Virus record (IMG/VR): IMGVR_UViG_3300025655_000026 | Location: 1 to 64,000 of that record | Origin: a virus | Strand: one strand, 5' to 3' | DNA: 64,000 nucleotides | Part shown: positions 1 through 8,429 of the stretch, in pieces | Layout: each line of letters opens with the position of its first letter | Numbering within the stretch: position 1 is the stretch's first letter | Made by a program: the position numbers and the translations under genes | The notes under the pieces: generated by a model | What the model saw: only the letters and a program-made list of their open reading frames with translations | Databases searched by the model: none | What the model was told of the DNA's origin: nothing

Positions 1-19
1 ATTAGTAGAAGCCGAAAAT

Positions 20-1669
20 TTGTTTGATTATATTGAAGAAAGAGTAAAGGCTAGTAAAGATACTGATGAAGATAAAGACGACGAAGATGAAGACGATGAT
101 TGGGAAGCAAAAGATATTATGGCCGCTTTTGAGGAAGTGAATACATATATTGAGGAGGATAAGGCTTGGAGGGCTAATGAAAGAGATGCGTATAGCATGG
201 ATGAACAAACTACTGACGATTCAATTTCTATTAGCCAAACTATTGAAACAGAAGAAGAAAGAAGAATGCTACAAGCACTATCGTATGCTGATGTAGATAT
301 TTTATTAGCAATAGAATTAATTCAAAATAAAAAAATAATTTCAGTAACAAAGGAAATGAAAAACGAATTAAGAACGGCATTAAAAAACATAAGGCAAATG
401 TTATCCCAAAGAAAACTAATGACAATAGAACAAAATCTTAGCCAATGGGAAAAAGAAATCAATAATTCTTTAAGTTTAACAGAGCGAGAAGATTACTATG
501 TTCCAGTTTCGGTCATGCCCGAAGAAATTTTTAAGAAAATACCCGAATTAGGGGAATATAATCCGAATGAAATCGTTGATAAAATCAATAAGTTTTTTAC
601 AGATTTAGAAGAGTTGCTAAAAGACTGGCAATCTCAAAATATTTATGAATATCGCCCAAGAACAGGTCAAGCCCAAACTGGTTTTGAAGAAATTAAAAAC
701 CCAAATGTTGATGTTAGAGCATTACTTAGTGCTAGCAATACTGTTCTTAGACCTTCAAGGAAACCAATTCCCCAATATCTACTAGACCAAAAAGAGGCTT
801 TAACAAAATTAATTGAAGCAATAAATAACTATTTTGTAAATCCGATTACTTCGGGAAGAATGCCTATTGCTATTCCCGACTATGCTAGAAGACTTGGATT
901 TAGAGAAGTCAATAATATTGCAGAAAGTCTAAACATAGAAACGACTATGGGTAGAGCATATGTAAGAGCAACGACAGATAGCGTTGCGACTATTGGAGTA
1001 GATGACATTGAAGCATTAACTAGTTTTTTTGGTGATGTTTTCACCAAAGGAGTAAAAGCAGAAAAAGGATTAATAGAGTCGGGTCAAAGAGCAGTTAAGG
1101 CATTAAATGAAATATTTGGTGCTAAAGAATCTAATGCTAATTATATTTCTGCCGTCATATATGATATTATGAATGAGACTAATGATTTTAAATTAAAGGA
1201 TAGTAAAATCAAATCTTCTCGTTCTTCTAGAAAAACAATAGAAGAAAGAAATAAACAATTTGAAGAGGATTATCAAAGTGGAAAATCATTTTCTGTATTT
1301 GGCTTACCTCTTTATTTAGATGAGAATGAAGGAATGTTTAGCCAACACCCCGATAAAAAAATGAAATCGGCCTATGATGCATTGGTCAATGTTATAAAGC
1401 AACAAGGAAATGACATAACTGTTATGCTTAAAGCCCTGCTTGAAGCACACGATGCAATTCGTAAAGCACTTGGCAAAGAAGTTCAATATGGCTTTATTCC
1501 TCTAAGTGACTACAATTCAGTTATGAACTATCTTGATGGTGAAAATTTTGATTTGACTACTTTTGAAATTGAGAATATTGTCAAGTCCTATGATTCACAT
1601 AAGAATATTGGAAATGAATATGGAATTAGTGACGAAGATGTGTATTTGATTAAGGCTAACTTTAGGTGA
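20..1669 (+). CDS. Acidic helical hypothetical protein, probably 5'-truncated
   Basis: 549-aa ORF; frame stays open to the window edge; no recognised catalytic motif. Confidence 0.6.
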   Translation: MFDYIEERVKASKDTDEDKDDEDEDDDWEAKDIMAAFEEVNTYIEEDKAWRANERDAYSMDEQTTDDSISISQTIETEEERRMLQALSYADVDILLAIELIQNKKIISVTKEMKNELRTALKNIRQMLSQRKLMTIEQNLSQWEKEINNSLSLTEREDYYVPVSVMPEEIFKKIPELGEYNPNEIVDKINKFFTDLEELLKDWQSQNIYEYRPRTGQAQTGFEEIKNPNVDVRALLSASNTVLRPSRKPIPQYLLDQKEALTKLIEAINNYFVNPITSGRMPIAIPDYARRLGFREVNNIAESLNIETTMGRAYVRATTDSVATIGVDDIEALTSFFGDVFTKGVKAEKGLIESGQRAVKALNEIFGAKESNANYISAVIYDIMNETNDFKLKDSKIKSSRSSRKTIEERNKQFEEDYQSGKSFSVFGLPLYLDENEGMFSQHPDKKMKSAYDALVNVIKQQGNDITVMLKALLEAHDAIRKALGKEVQYGFIPLSDYNSVMNYLDGENFDLTTFEIENIVKSYDSHKNIGNEYGISDEDVYLIKANFR

Positions 1670-1673
1670 TGTT

Positions 1674-2186
1674 TTGGCTGAAATATTTACTGCTAACGAC
1701 ATTTCTTTTAAGGAAATGAGTGAAGATGAAGCAGTAAAGACTTTTCAAAAAGATGGCTATTTTGATTATGTAAAAAGAGTCGTTAGATACAAAGCACTTC
1801 CTAATGAATCTGTTTGGGCGAGAAACCCCGCTACTATGTTTGTGGCTTTTAACAAAGAAACTCCTGTCGGAGTTATTGGGTTTTCAACTTATGGAAAATA
1901 TCTATTAGGTGCAGGAATTCATGTGCGAAAAGAATACCGTAATAGGGGTTTAACTCCTATTCTTATCAATGAAATGCTAAAACATAAAGGTGGCAAAAAA
2001 ATCCTCGTAAGTATAGCCAATAAAAATATTGTCAATTCTTATAGGAATGCAGGTTTTAAAGATATGGAGATTGGAAATCTACCTACTGAGATTAGAGAAG
2101 GAGCAGTTATTTCAAGAGAGGCTGGTTCGGAATTAGTTGAAAAATTTATGCTTCATGAAACAGGTTGGTTTGAAATTTTGAGGTGA
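1674..2186 (+). CDS. GNAT-family acetyltransferase
   Basis: Motif A-like GIHVRKEYRNRGL, later N...YRNAGF; GGTGA RBS; C-terminal WFEILR. Confidence 0.75.
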   Translation: MAEIFTANDISFKEMSEDEAVKTFQKDGYFDYVKRVVRYKALPNESVWARNPATMFVAFNKETPVGVIGFSTYGKYLLGAGIHVRKEYRNRGLTPILINEMLKHKGGKKILVSIANKNIVNSYRNAGFKDMEIGNLPTEIREGAVISREAGSELVEKFMLHETGWFEILR

Positions 2187-3610
2187 TTGTATTGAATATA
2201 AACAATCTCAATTTTGAACACCAAATGGATATGAATATGTCTAGGAATTCATTTCCATATTTCTTTGAGCATGTTCTTGGTTTCCAAATGACAAAACATC
2301 AAGCCGAATGGAAAGGCTTGATGGATGATACAAAGAGAACAGTTATTATGTGTAGTCGTGGTCATGGAAAATCTGTTTTTATGAGAGCATGGGTTGTTTG
2401 GAATCTATGTTTTCAAGAACCTCCATATCAAATGGTCTATATGTCTTCTAACCAAAAGCAGACAAATATGCACATGAAATCTATTTCAAAAATGTTTAGT
2501 CATCCTATCCTTGAGAAATTTAAGCCCGAAGGAAACAAAGGTTGGGCTGTTGAAGAAATGAATTTGGCCAATGGTAATTCTATTGTTGCTCGTTCAGTCA
2601 ATTCTCAGTTTCGTGGTCTTCATCCTCAAGAAGTTATTATTGACGACCCTTTGAAAGAGTTTAGCGTAAGCGGTATTCAAAAAGTCACAGATTGGTTTTT
2701 TGGTGACTTGACTCCTGCTATTCATTCTTCTGCTAAAGTTCGTATTATCGGAACGCCTTTCAGTTACACAGATATTTACCAACAACTCTCGGAAAATTCA
2801 GTTTATACGATGAGAGTTTACCCCTGTTTGAATTCTCTTAATGAACCACTTTGGCCTGAACGCTGGAACTACGAATCTTTAATGGAACGAAAAGAAGAAA
2901 TGGGTTCACTTCTATTTACTAGAGAATATATGTGTGTTCCTATTTCTACTGGAACTTCTCTTTTCAATCCCGAATTTTTAGAAAGTGCAAAGAACAAAGA
3001 TTTAGTTCTAAAACCAATCCGTAGAGAAGGCCACAAATACTTTGTTGGTATTGACCCTGCTATTTCTACTGATGGAGATTACAATGTCATTACTGTTCTT
3101 GAAATGGATGAGAATGAAAATAAATCTATTGTGTATATTGACCGAGCAAAGAATGTTGAGTTTAGAGAAAACATACAGAAGGTTAAAATTGTTAATAAAC
3201 TGTTTAATCCCGAAGCAGTATTTTTTGAAAGTAACGGGTTCGCTAAATCGTTCATTCAAGAGATTAGAAACACGGCTGATATTCGGCTACATGATTTCAC
3301 TACAACTCGTAGAAAGAAACAGGAGATTATTCTTAATTTACAAATGACTTTAGAGAACGGCAAAATGAATTTCCCTTATGGAAATGAAGAAAGTCGTAAG
3401 GTTACTGGAGAATTGATTAGTGAATTATCTATGTTTGCCATTAATGAAAATGGCAAATTTGAAGGTATTGGCGCACACGATGACATGGTTATGAGTTTGG
3501 CTTTGGCTAATGCCGCAACTTTCCAATCTACTGATAACTTTATTTTATTAGACGATATGGGAATATTTGACGACACTCCACGCTCTCCTATAATGGGGCT
3601 AAATTTCTAA
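2183..3610 (+). CDS. terL: Terminase large subunit
   Basis: Walker A SRGHGKS, Walker B IIDD, coupling motif GTP, LWPERW, RNase H-like GIDPA...DY and HDDMVMS. Confidence 0.95.
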   Translation: MIVLNINNLNFEHQMDMNMSRNSFPYFFEHVLGFQMTKHQAEWKGLMDDTKRTVIMCSRGHGKSVFMRAWVVWNLCFQEPPYQMVYMSSNQKQTNMHMKSISKMFSHPILEKFKPEGNKGWAVEEMNLANGNSIVARSVNSQFRGLHPQEVIIDDPLKEFSVSGIQKVTDWFFGDLTPAIHSSAKVRIIGTPFSYTDIYQQLSENSVYTMRVYPCLNSLNEPLWPERWNYESLMERKEEMGSLLFTREYMCVPISTGTSLFNPEFLESAKNKDLVLKPIRREGHKYFVGIDPAISTDGDYNVITVLEMDENENKSIVYIDRAKNVEFRENIQKVKIVNKLFNPEAVFFESNGFAKSFIQEIRNTADIRLHDFTTTRRKKQEIILNLQMTLENGKMNFPYGNEESRKVTGELISELSMFAINENGKFEGIGAHDDMVMSLALANAATFQSTDNFILLDDMGIFDDTPRSPIMGLNF

Positions 3611-3611
3611 G

Positions 3612-4973
3612 GTGATTAAGATGGTAGAGGCAGAAAAATTAATTGAGGCCAAGCCATTAATTGAACAATTAGAAGAGTTAGACCAAGAAGAAAAAGAAAT
3701 CCTTAGTCAAGTAGAAGGAGATTTGAAACTGTCTTTTGGCCTTACTCATGTTATGTCGGAGATTGAAGAGATACAGAAGTTATCAACTGATTACAACATA
3801 AATGCAACCGATGCTAGAAAACAATTAGATTTTTTCCCAAATGAATATATCGTTCAAGACCAAACAGTTCCCGACCTCGTTAAAAAGATGAGGAATGCTC
3901 GTAGAGGACTAAAAGGCGAGCAGAGAGAAAAGATGGCAAAGGCTATTGATACTATGATTGATGCTTATGCTGACCACATACACAAGTGCATTGATTCTAT
4001 TACATGGGTCACTCCATACAAAACAACTTTGCTTAAGATGCGATTTAACGAAAAGGACTTACAAAAACTCTACAAAATGAAAGATGTAGATATTCGTAGA
4101 GAAACAGTTGATGCTCTATGCAAGTATTGGGAAGCCGATTTGTCCCAAAGAGAAATGGCTTTTGGAAAAGAATATAGTCAATTACAAAAGACAATGAATG
4201 AGGCTAAGAAAGAATTTAGAGGGGCTATCAATAAAATTACAGACCAATCAATTACAAAGTCTAAAAGAGAAAGGATAGAAGATTTTGTTCTCAAGGCGGT
4301 TTGTGAAAATCAAGGAATTAATGCTAATAGAATTCATGACCTTATGCCAACTAATCTGTATAATGCATCTTCACCAAATACCATTGCTAAGATGATTAAT
4401 AAATTAGATATTGCTTCTGTTGATGGGGCATACTATAAGATGCCATCTATGTTAAAGAAAAATATTTGGGCTTATACTGCGGCATTCATTGACTCGGATG
4501 GATATATTACACTTGACCGCAATATGAATCCTAGAGTTGGACTGGTGGCTACGGGAGAGAGAGGAAAGGCTTTCATGCAGGAAATGCATAAGTCAATTGG
4601 CTTTGGTCGTATGCACCTTGACCAAAAATCTCCTCAAGACACACGGCTGATTAATAGATTGAACTTTTATTCTCAAGACGATGTTACTAATCTTTTAACT
4701 AAGTGCTTACCACATTTTAAATTGAAAAAATCAAATGCTGAATTGCTTCTTGAGTTGATTAGGATGAAGAAGTCATTTAAGAAAGAAGATTGGTATAAAG
4801 ATAGATGTGATGAAATTTTTAAACTTATGAAGTGGGAGAACCATAAAGACCATGTTGGATTTGATTGGTCTAAGGAAGGTATTTACCTTGATGACATTCA
4901 AAAGTATAAAGACAATTGTAAAATGTCTGTAATGGATTCTCTTGAACAAATTGGAACTCCTATGGTGGTTTAG
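3612..4973 (+). CDS. Helical/HTH protein with a C-terminal LAGLIDADG endonuclease domain
   Basis: AYTAAFIDSDGYI helix followed by GFGR and LPHFKLKK-type motifs; ~270-aa N-terminal extension. Confidence 0.75.
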   Translation: MIKMVEAEKLIEAKPLIEQLEELDQEEKEILSQVEGDLKLSFGLTHVMSEIEEIQKLSTDYNINATDARKQLDFFPNEYIVQDQTVPDLVKKMRNARRGLKGEQREKMAKAIDTMIDAYADHIHKCIDSITWVTPYKTTLLKMRFNEKDLQKLYKMKDVDIRRETVDALCKYWEADLSQREMAFGKEYSQLQKTMNEAKKEFRGAINKITDQSITKSKRERIEDFVLKAVCENQGINANRIHDLMPTNLYNASSPNTIAKMINKLDIASVDGAYYKMPSMLKKNIWAYTAAFIDSDGYITLDRNMNPRVGLVATGERGKAFMQEMHKSIGFGRMHLDQKSPQDTRLINRLNFYSQDDVTNLLTKCLPHFKLKKSNAELLLELIRMKKSFKKEDWYKDRCDEIFKLMKWENHKDHVGFDWSKEGIYLDDIQKYKDNCKMSVMDSLEQIGTPMVV

Positions 4974-4975
4974 TT

Positions 4976-5395
4976 ATGCCAATTACTCATAAAAAAGATG
5001 GTTGGTATTGGGGCGGAAGAGGGCCATTTAAATCTAGAAAAAAAGCAGTTGAAGTTGCACAGGCCGCTTATGCTAGTGGCTATGTAAAGAAATCTTGGAA
5101 AAGTATTCTTAAGATTGAAAGTGAAGTTGATGGTAGAAAGGTTAGAACTTCGCCCGAAGAATCAATTGACTTTTTGACTTACAGGAGTTGGGCTTGGCAA
5201 TCTAAAAAAGCGAGAGAATCAGAAGGAATGACAGGCGGATTTAAAGACAAAGAACATTTAGAATTGATTACAACTCCAAAAGGAAAAGCACTTGGCTATG
5301 ATGTTAAAGGCGATGAACTCAAAAGATGGATTAGAACTTGGAATGCCGAGTTTGGTGAAAAACTAGGGGCAATATATCCAACAGGTGATGAATGA
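4976..5395 (+). CDS. Small basic hypothetical protein (internal WKSILK)
   Basis: N-terminal GWYWGGRGPFKSRKKA...AAYASGY module joined to a second domain through WKSILK. Confidence 0.65.
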   Translation: MPITHKKDGWYWGGRGPFKSRKKAVEVAQAAYASGYVKKSWKSILKIESEVDGRKVRTSPEESIDFLTYRSWAWQSKKARESEGMTGGFKDKEHLELITTPKGKALGYDVKGDELKRWIRTWNAEFGEKLGAIYPTGDE

Positions 5396-5769
5396 TGTGG
5401 CAAGAAATTCTTAAGAAAGAAAAGGATGCTTGCTACTATAAAGTTAAATCAAGATATAAAGACTGGCCTAGTGCTTATGCTAGCGGGGCTTTAGTTCAAT
5501 GTCGTAAAGTCGGTGCAGATAATTGGGGAAATTCGGTTGAAAAAGGCGGAGATGATTTCGCAAGAGAAAAGAAAGAAGGACTTCATGGTTGGTTTTCAAG
5601 AGCAGGAGGAAGTGGTTCGGAAACAGGTTGGGTTTCTTGTCAATCTTGTGAAGATGATAAAGAAGGAACAAAACCTTGTGGAAGAACAGATGCTTCTAAA
5701 GGAACTAAACAAAGATGTAGGCCAACTTGTGCCGCCTGTAAAACATATAAAAGGAGGAAAGGAGAATGA
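5392..5769 (+). CDS. Small basic Cys-rich protein, candidate virion-internal protein
   Basis: DACYYKVKSRY..WPSAYASGALVQCRK, a motif I recall from marine phage proteins; N-terminal WQEILK; ATGA-coupled. Confidence 0.65.
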   Translation: MMWQEILKKEKDACYYKVKSRYKDWPSAYASGALVQCRKVGADNWGNSVEKGGDDFAREKKEGLHGWFSRAGGSGSETGWVSCQSCEDDKEGTKPCGRTDASKGTKQRCRPTCAACKTYKRRKGE

Positions 5770-6185
5770 GCGATTGGAAAGATATACTAAAAGCCCCACT
5801 ATTAACAGATGAAGAAGAAAAAGAAATTGCTGATTTGATGCGGTTTAGAAATATGACAAGAGAAGAAGCCGAAAGAAAAGTGAGAAAGGATGCTGGTAAA
5901 TTAGATTCTAAAACACCAGTAGGTAGATTTGTTAAAAGTAGTTGCGGAACAGAAAAAATGCATGGCGGTTGTGGTTGCGATGAATGCCGAGAAAAGACTA
6001 ACAAATCTTATTGTCCTCATTGTGATGGAAATGCACCAAAAAGCGAATGCGTTTGTGGAAAAATGGAAAAGAAATTGTTTGGTAATCAAAAGGTAATTGC
6101 GGCCAAAGCACCACCAAAGGATGAAATTACTGGTGCAGATTTCAAAGCCCTTCGTGGAGAAAAAAAGAAACTAATGAAAGAATAA
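5766..6185 (+). CDS. Small Cys-rich hypothetical protein
   Basis: N-terminal WKDILK; CGCDEC and CPHC..CVC clusters; ITGADFKALR; ATGA-coupled. Confidence 0.65.
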   Translation: MSDWKDILKAPLLTDEEEKEIADLMRFRNMTREEAERKVRKDAGKLDSKTPVGRFVKSSCGTEKMHGGCGCDECREKTNKSYCPHCDGNAPKSECVCGKMEKKLFGNQKVIAAKAPPKDEITGADFKALRGEKKKLMKE

Positions 6186-6191
6186 CATTGA

Positions 6192-6488
6192 GTGATGAAT
6201 ATGGATTGGAAAGAAGTTCTAAAAAAAGATAAAGAAGATATGCGAGTAGGAACAGTATATCCATCCGATAGAGCAGGTAAAAAAATAATGATGCTAACCC
6301 ATGAAGGTAAGAAAATCCATGCTGGTGCTAAAGGCTATGGTAATTGGAAAGGTAAAGGAAAGAATCGTGGCGGTGGCACACATCATAATCCAAAACGCAG
6401 GGCTAATTTTAAAGCGAGACATAACTGCGACCAATGTAAAGGTAGAATTACAACTCCTAGATGTTTAGCCTGTAAAAAACTATGGTGA
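6192..6488 (+). CDS. Small basic putative DNA-binding protein (DUF5754-like)
   Basis: SDRAGKK...KKIHAGAKGY...HHNPKRRANFKARH pattern; likely start ATG 6201 (MDWKEVLK). Confidence 0.6.
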   Translation: MMNMDWKEVLKKDKEDMRVGTVYPSDRAGKKIMMLTHEGKKIHAGAKGYGNWKGKGKNRGGGTHHNPKRRANFKARHNCDQCKGRITTPRCLACKKLW

Positions 6489-6536
6489 GAGTAAACAGTT
6501 AAAACCCATGCCCACTACAAATGATTTAGGGGAGTC

Positions 6537-8195
6537 TTGACTATGGCCGAAGAAAACCGCAGATTCTCCATAACGAATCTATTTAGGAGAAAAACCCCTA
6601 CTCCTGCTGATAGACAAATTTACAGCATGGGAATTCAAGAGAGGCAAAACAATAACATAATGACTGCGCCAATTATTTATTCAATTGTTCAGCAATCAGT
6701 TATTGTAAGAACTTGTATTACTCAACTTAAGCAGGAAGTATTTCGTAGAGGCTATCTTTGGGAAAAGGCATACGAAGCCCGTTGTAGAGACTGCGGGAAA
6801 GAACATCAACGGCCTGTTCAAGAATGCGCCCGTTGTGAATCAACTCAATTAGATAAGCCCGACCCAAAGCAATTAGAATACGCTGAGAAGTTTATGGATG
6901 GCTATGTGAATAAAGCCGAACAATTGTTTATTGATGTGCTACAAGAACTTGAAGATGATTTAAACATCATGGATGATGCATACATTGTTCTCGTCAAAGA
7001 ATATTTTATTGATGGCAATGGTCAAATTAGAATGCACCGAATCAAAGAAGTGTTTAGAGGCGACCCCGTTACTATGATGATTTATTGTGATGATGAAGGC
7101 ATTCGTGGAACAAAGGGATTTACTTGTGTGAATCACCGTCAATTTATTTCTACTGAACCCCATGAAGTTTGTGAGATTTGTAATGGAAATCTTTTCCCTA
7201 TTCATTATGTAAATCGTGTCGGTGGCCAAGACCAATATTTCTTAGAAGGAGAAGTTCTTCATTTTAGCAAATATAATCCTAGTCGTCTTTACGGTCTTTC
7301 TCCAATTCTAACTCTCTATAATCTTGTCATGACTCTTATTGCTATGGAGAACTATGTCAATTCATCTTACACAAAGAGTAGAATGCCGAGAGGACTACTC
7401 GCAGTCCAAACTAGAAACATGGACTCAATGAGGAACTTTTGGAGAGCAACAAAAGAAAAGATGGAAGCCGACCCTCATTTTATTCCTGTTATGGGAATTG
7501 AAGCCGAGAATGGAAAGGGTGCGGTTGAATGGATTAAGTTCATGGATAGCCTCAAAGAAATGGATTATGTTTCTGTAAAGGATGATTTGCGAGATAGAAT
7601 TTCAGCATTCTATGGAGTAAGTAAAGTGTTTATGGCTGATAATACTACAAGCGGTGGATTGAATAATGAAGGTATGCAAATCCTAGTAACCAATAGAGCC
7701 GTTCAAAAAGCACAAACTGTTTACAACAATTATGTTTTCCCGTTCCTCATTAGGCAATTTGGAATTACTGATTGGAATTTGAAACTCCCACCAAGCGAAG
7801 AAGAAGATGAAATTGCCATACTTCGTAAGCGTGAAATTGAAGTTAATATTGCCGCATCAATTAAGAATCTTGGTTTTGAAATTGAAATGGATGAAGATGG
7901 TAACTTTACTTATAGTAAGCCCGAACCAAAAGAAGAGAAGCCTCCAATGGGTGAAGAAGGAAACAATGCAGAACTTGACCCTCTTGCTGGCTCTAATTTA
8001 GACCAAAGGGATTTAGATGAAATGCAAAGGAATTTTGCACAAGGCGGAGAACAACAATCAAAGCCACAAGAGAACCCGCCAGCCACAAGGAATAAAAGGA
8101 GAATGAGCGTAGGCCCAGATAAGAGATTAACTGGTTTACCCAAAGAAGCAGGAAACCAAAATGTAGATTCAAGAAGCGAAAGGAGAGTTGGATGA
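6537..8195 (+). CDS. Portal protein with zinc-ribbon insertions
   Basis: EVLHF, YGLSPI, MPRGLL, ISAFYGV portal motifs; lies between terminase and protease; CxxC pairs. Confidence 0.9.
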   Translation: MTMAEENRRFSITNLFRRKTPTPADRQIYSMGIQERQNNNIMTAPIIYSIVQQSVIVRTCITQLKQEVFRRGYLWEKAYEARCRDCGKEHQRPVQECARCESTQLDKPDPKQLEYAEKFMDGYVNKAEQLFIDVLQELEDDLNIMDDAYIVLVKEYFIDGNGQIRMHRIKEVFRGDPVTMMIYCDDEGIRGTKGFTCVNHRQFISTEPHEVCEICNGNLFPIHYVNRVGGQDQYFLEGEVLHFSKYNPSRLYGLSPILTLYNLVMTLIAMENYVNSSYTKSRMPRGLLAVQTRNMDSMRNFWRATKEKMEADPHFIPVMGIEAENGKGAVEWIKFMDSLKEMDYVSVKDDLRDRISAFYGVSKVFMADNTTSGGLNNEGMQILVTNRAVQKAQTVYNNYVFPFLIRQFGITDWNLKLPPSEEEDEIAILRKREIEVNIAASIKNLGFEIEMDEDGNFTYSKPEPKEEKPPMGEEGNNAELDPLAGSNLDQRDLDEMQRNFAQGGEQQSKPQENPPATRNKRRMSVGPDKRLTGLPKEAGNQNVDSRSERRVG

Positions 8196-8419
8196 TGACA
8201 GAAGATACACGACAAAAAGAAATTAGACTAAAGAAAGAGTTAGCACAACTTCGTGCAAAACATGCGAATGAAGATAGAGTGGTAAAACCAACTAGAGATT
8301 TTTCTATGGGAATTCCTGCTGATACTTCACACAAAGCAAAACTAAGTTCGGCAGATTCGCCCGATGTAATTTTACTTCCCAAACACCGAAGAGGCAATAA
8401 AGAAAACATTCCATATTGA
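8192..8419 (+). CDS. Hypothetical protein
   Basis: 75-aa ORF overlapping the portal stop codon. Confidence 0.55.
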   Translation: MMTEDTRQKEIRLKKELAQLRAKHANEDRVVKPTRDFSMGIPADTSHKAKLSSADSPDVILLPKHRRGNKENIPY

Positions 8420-8429
8420 GGTGAAGTAA

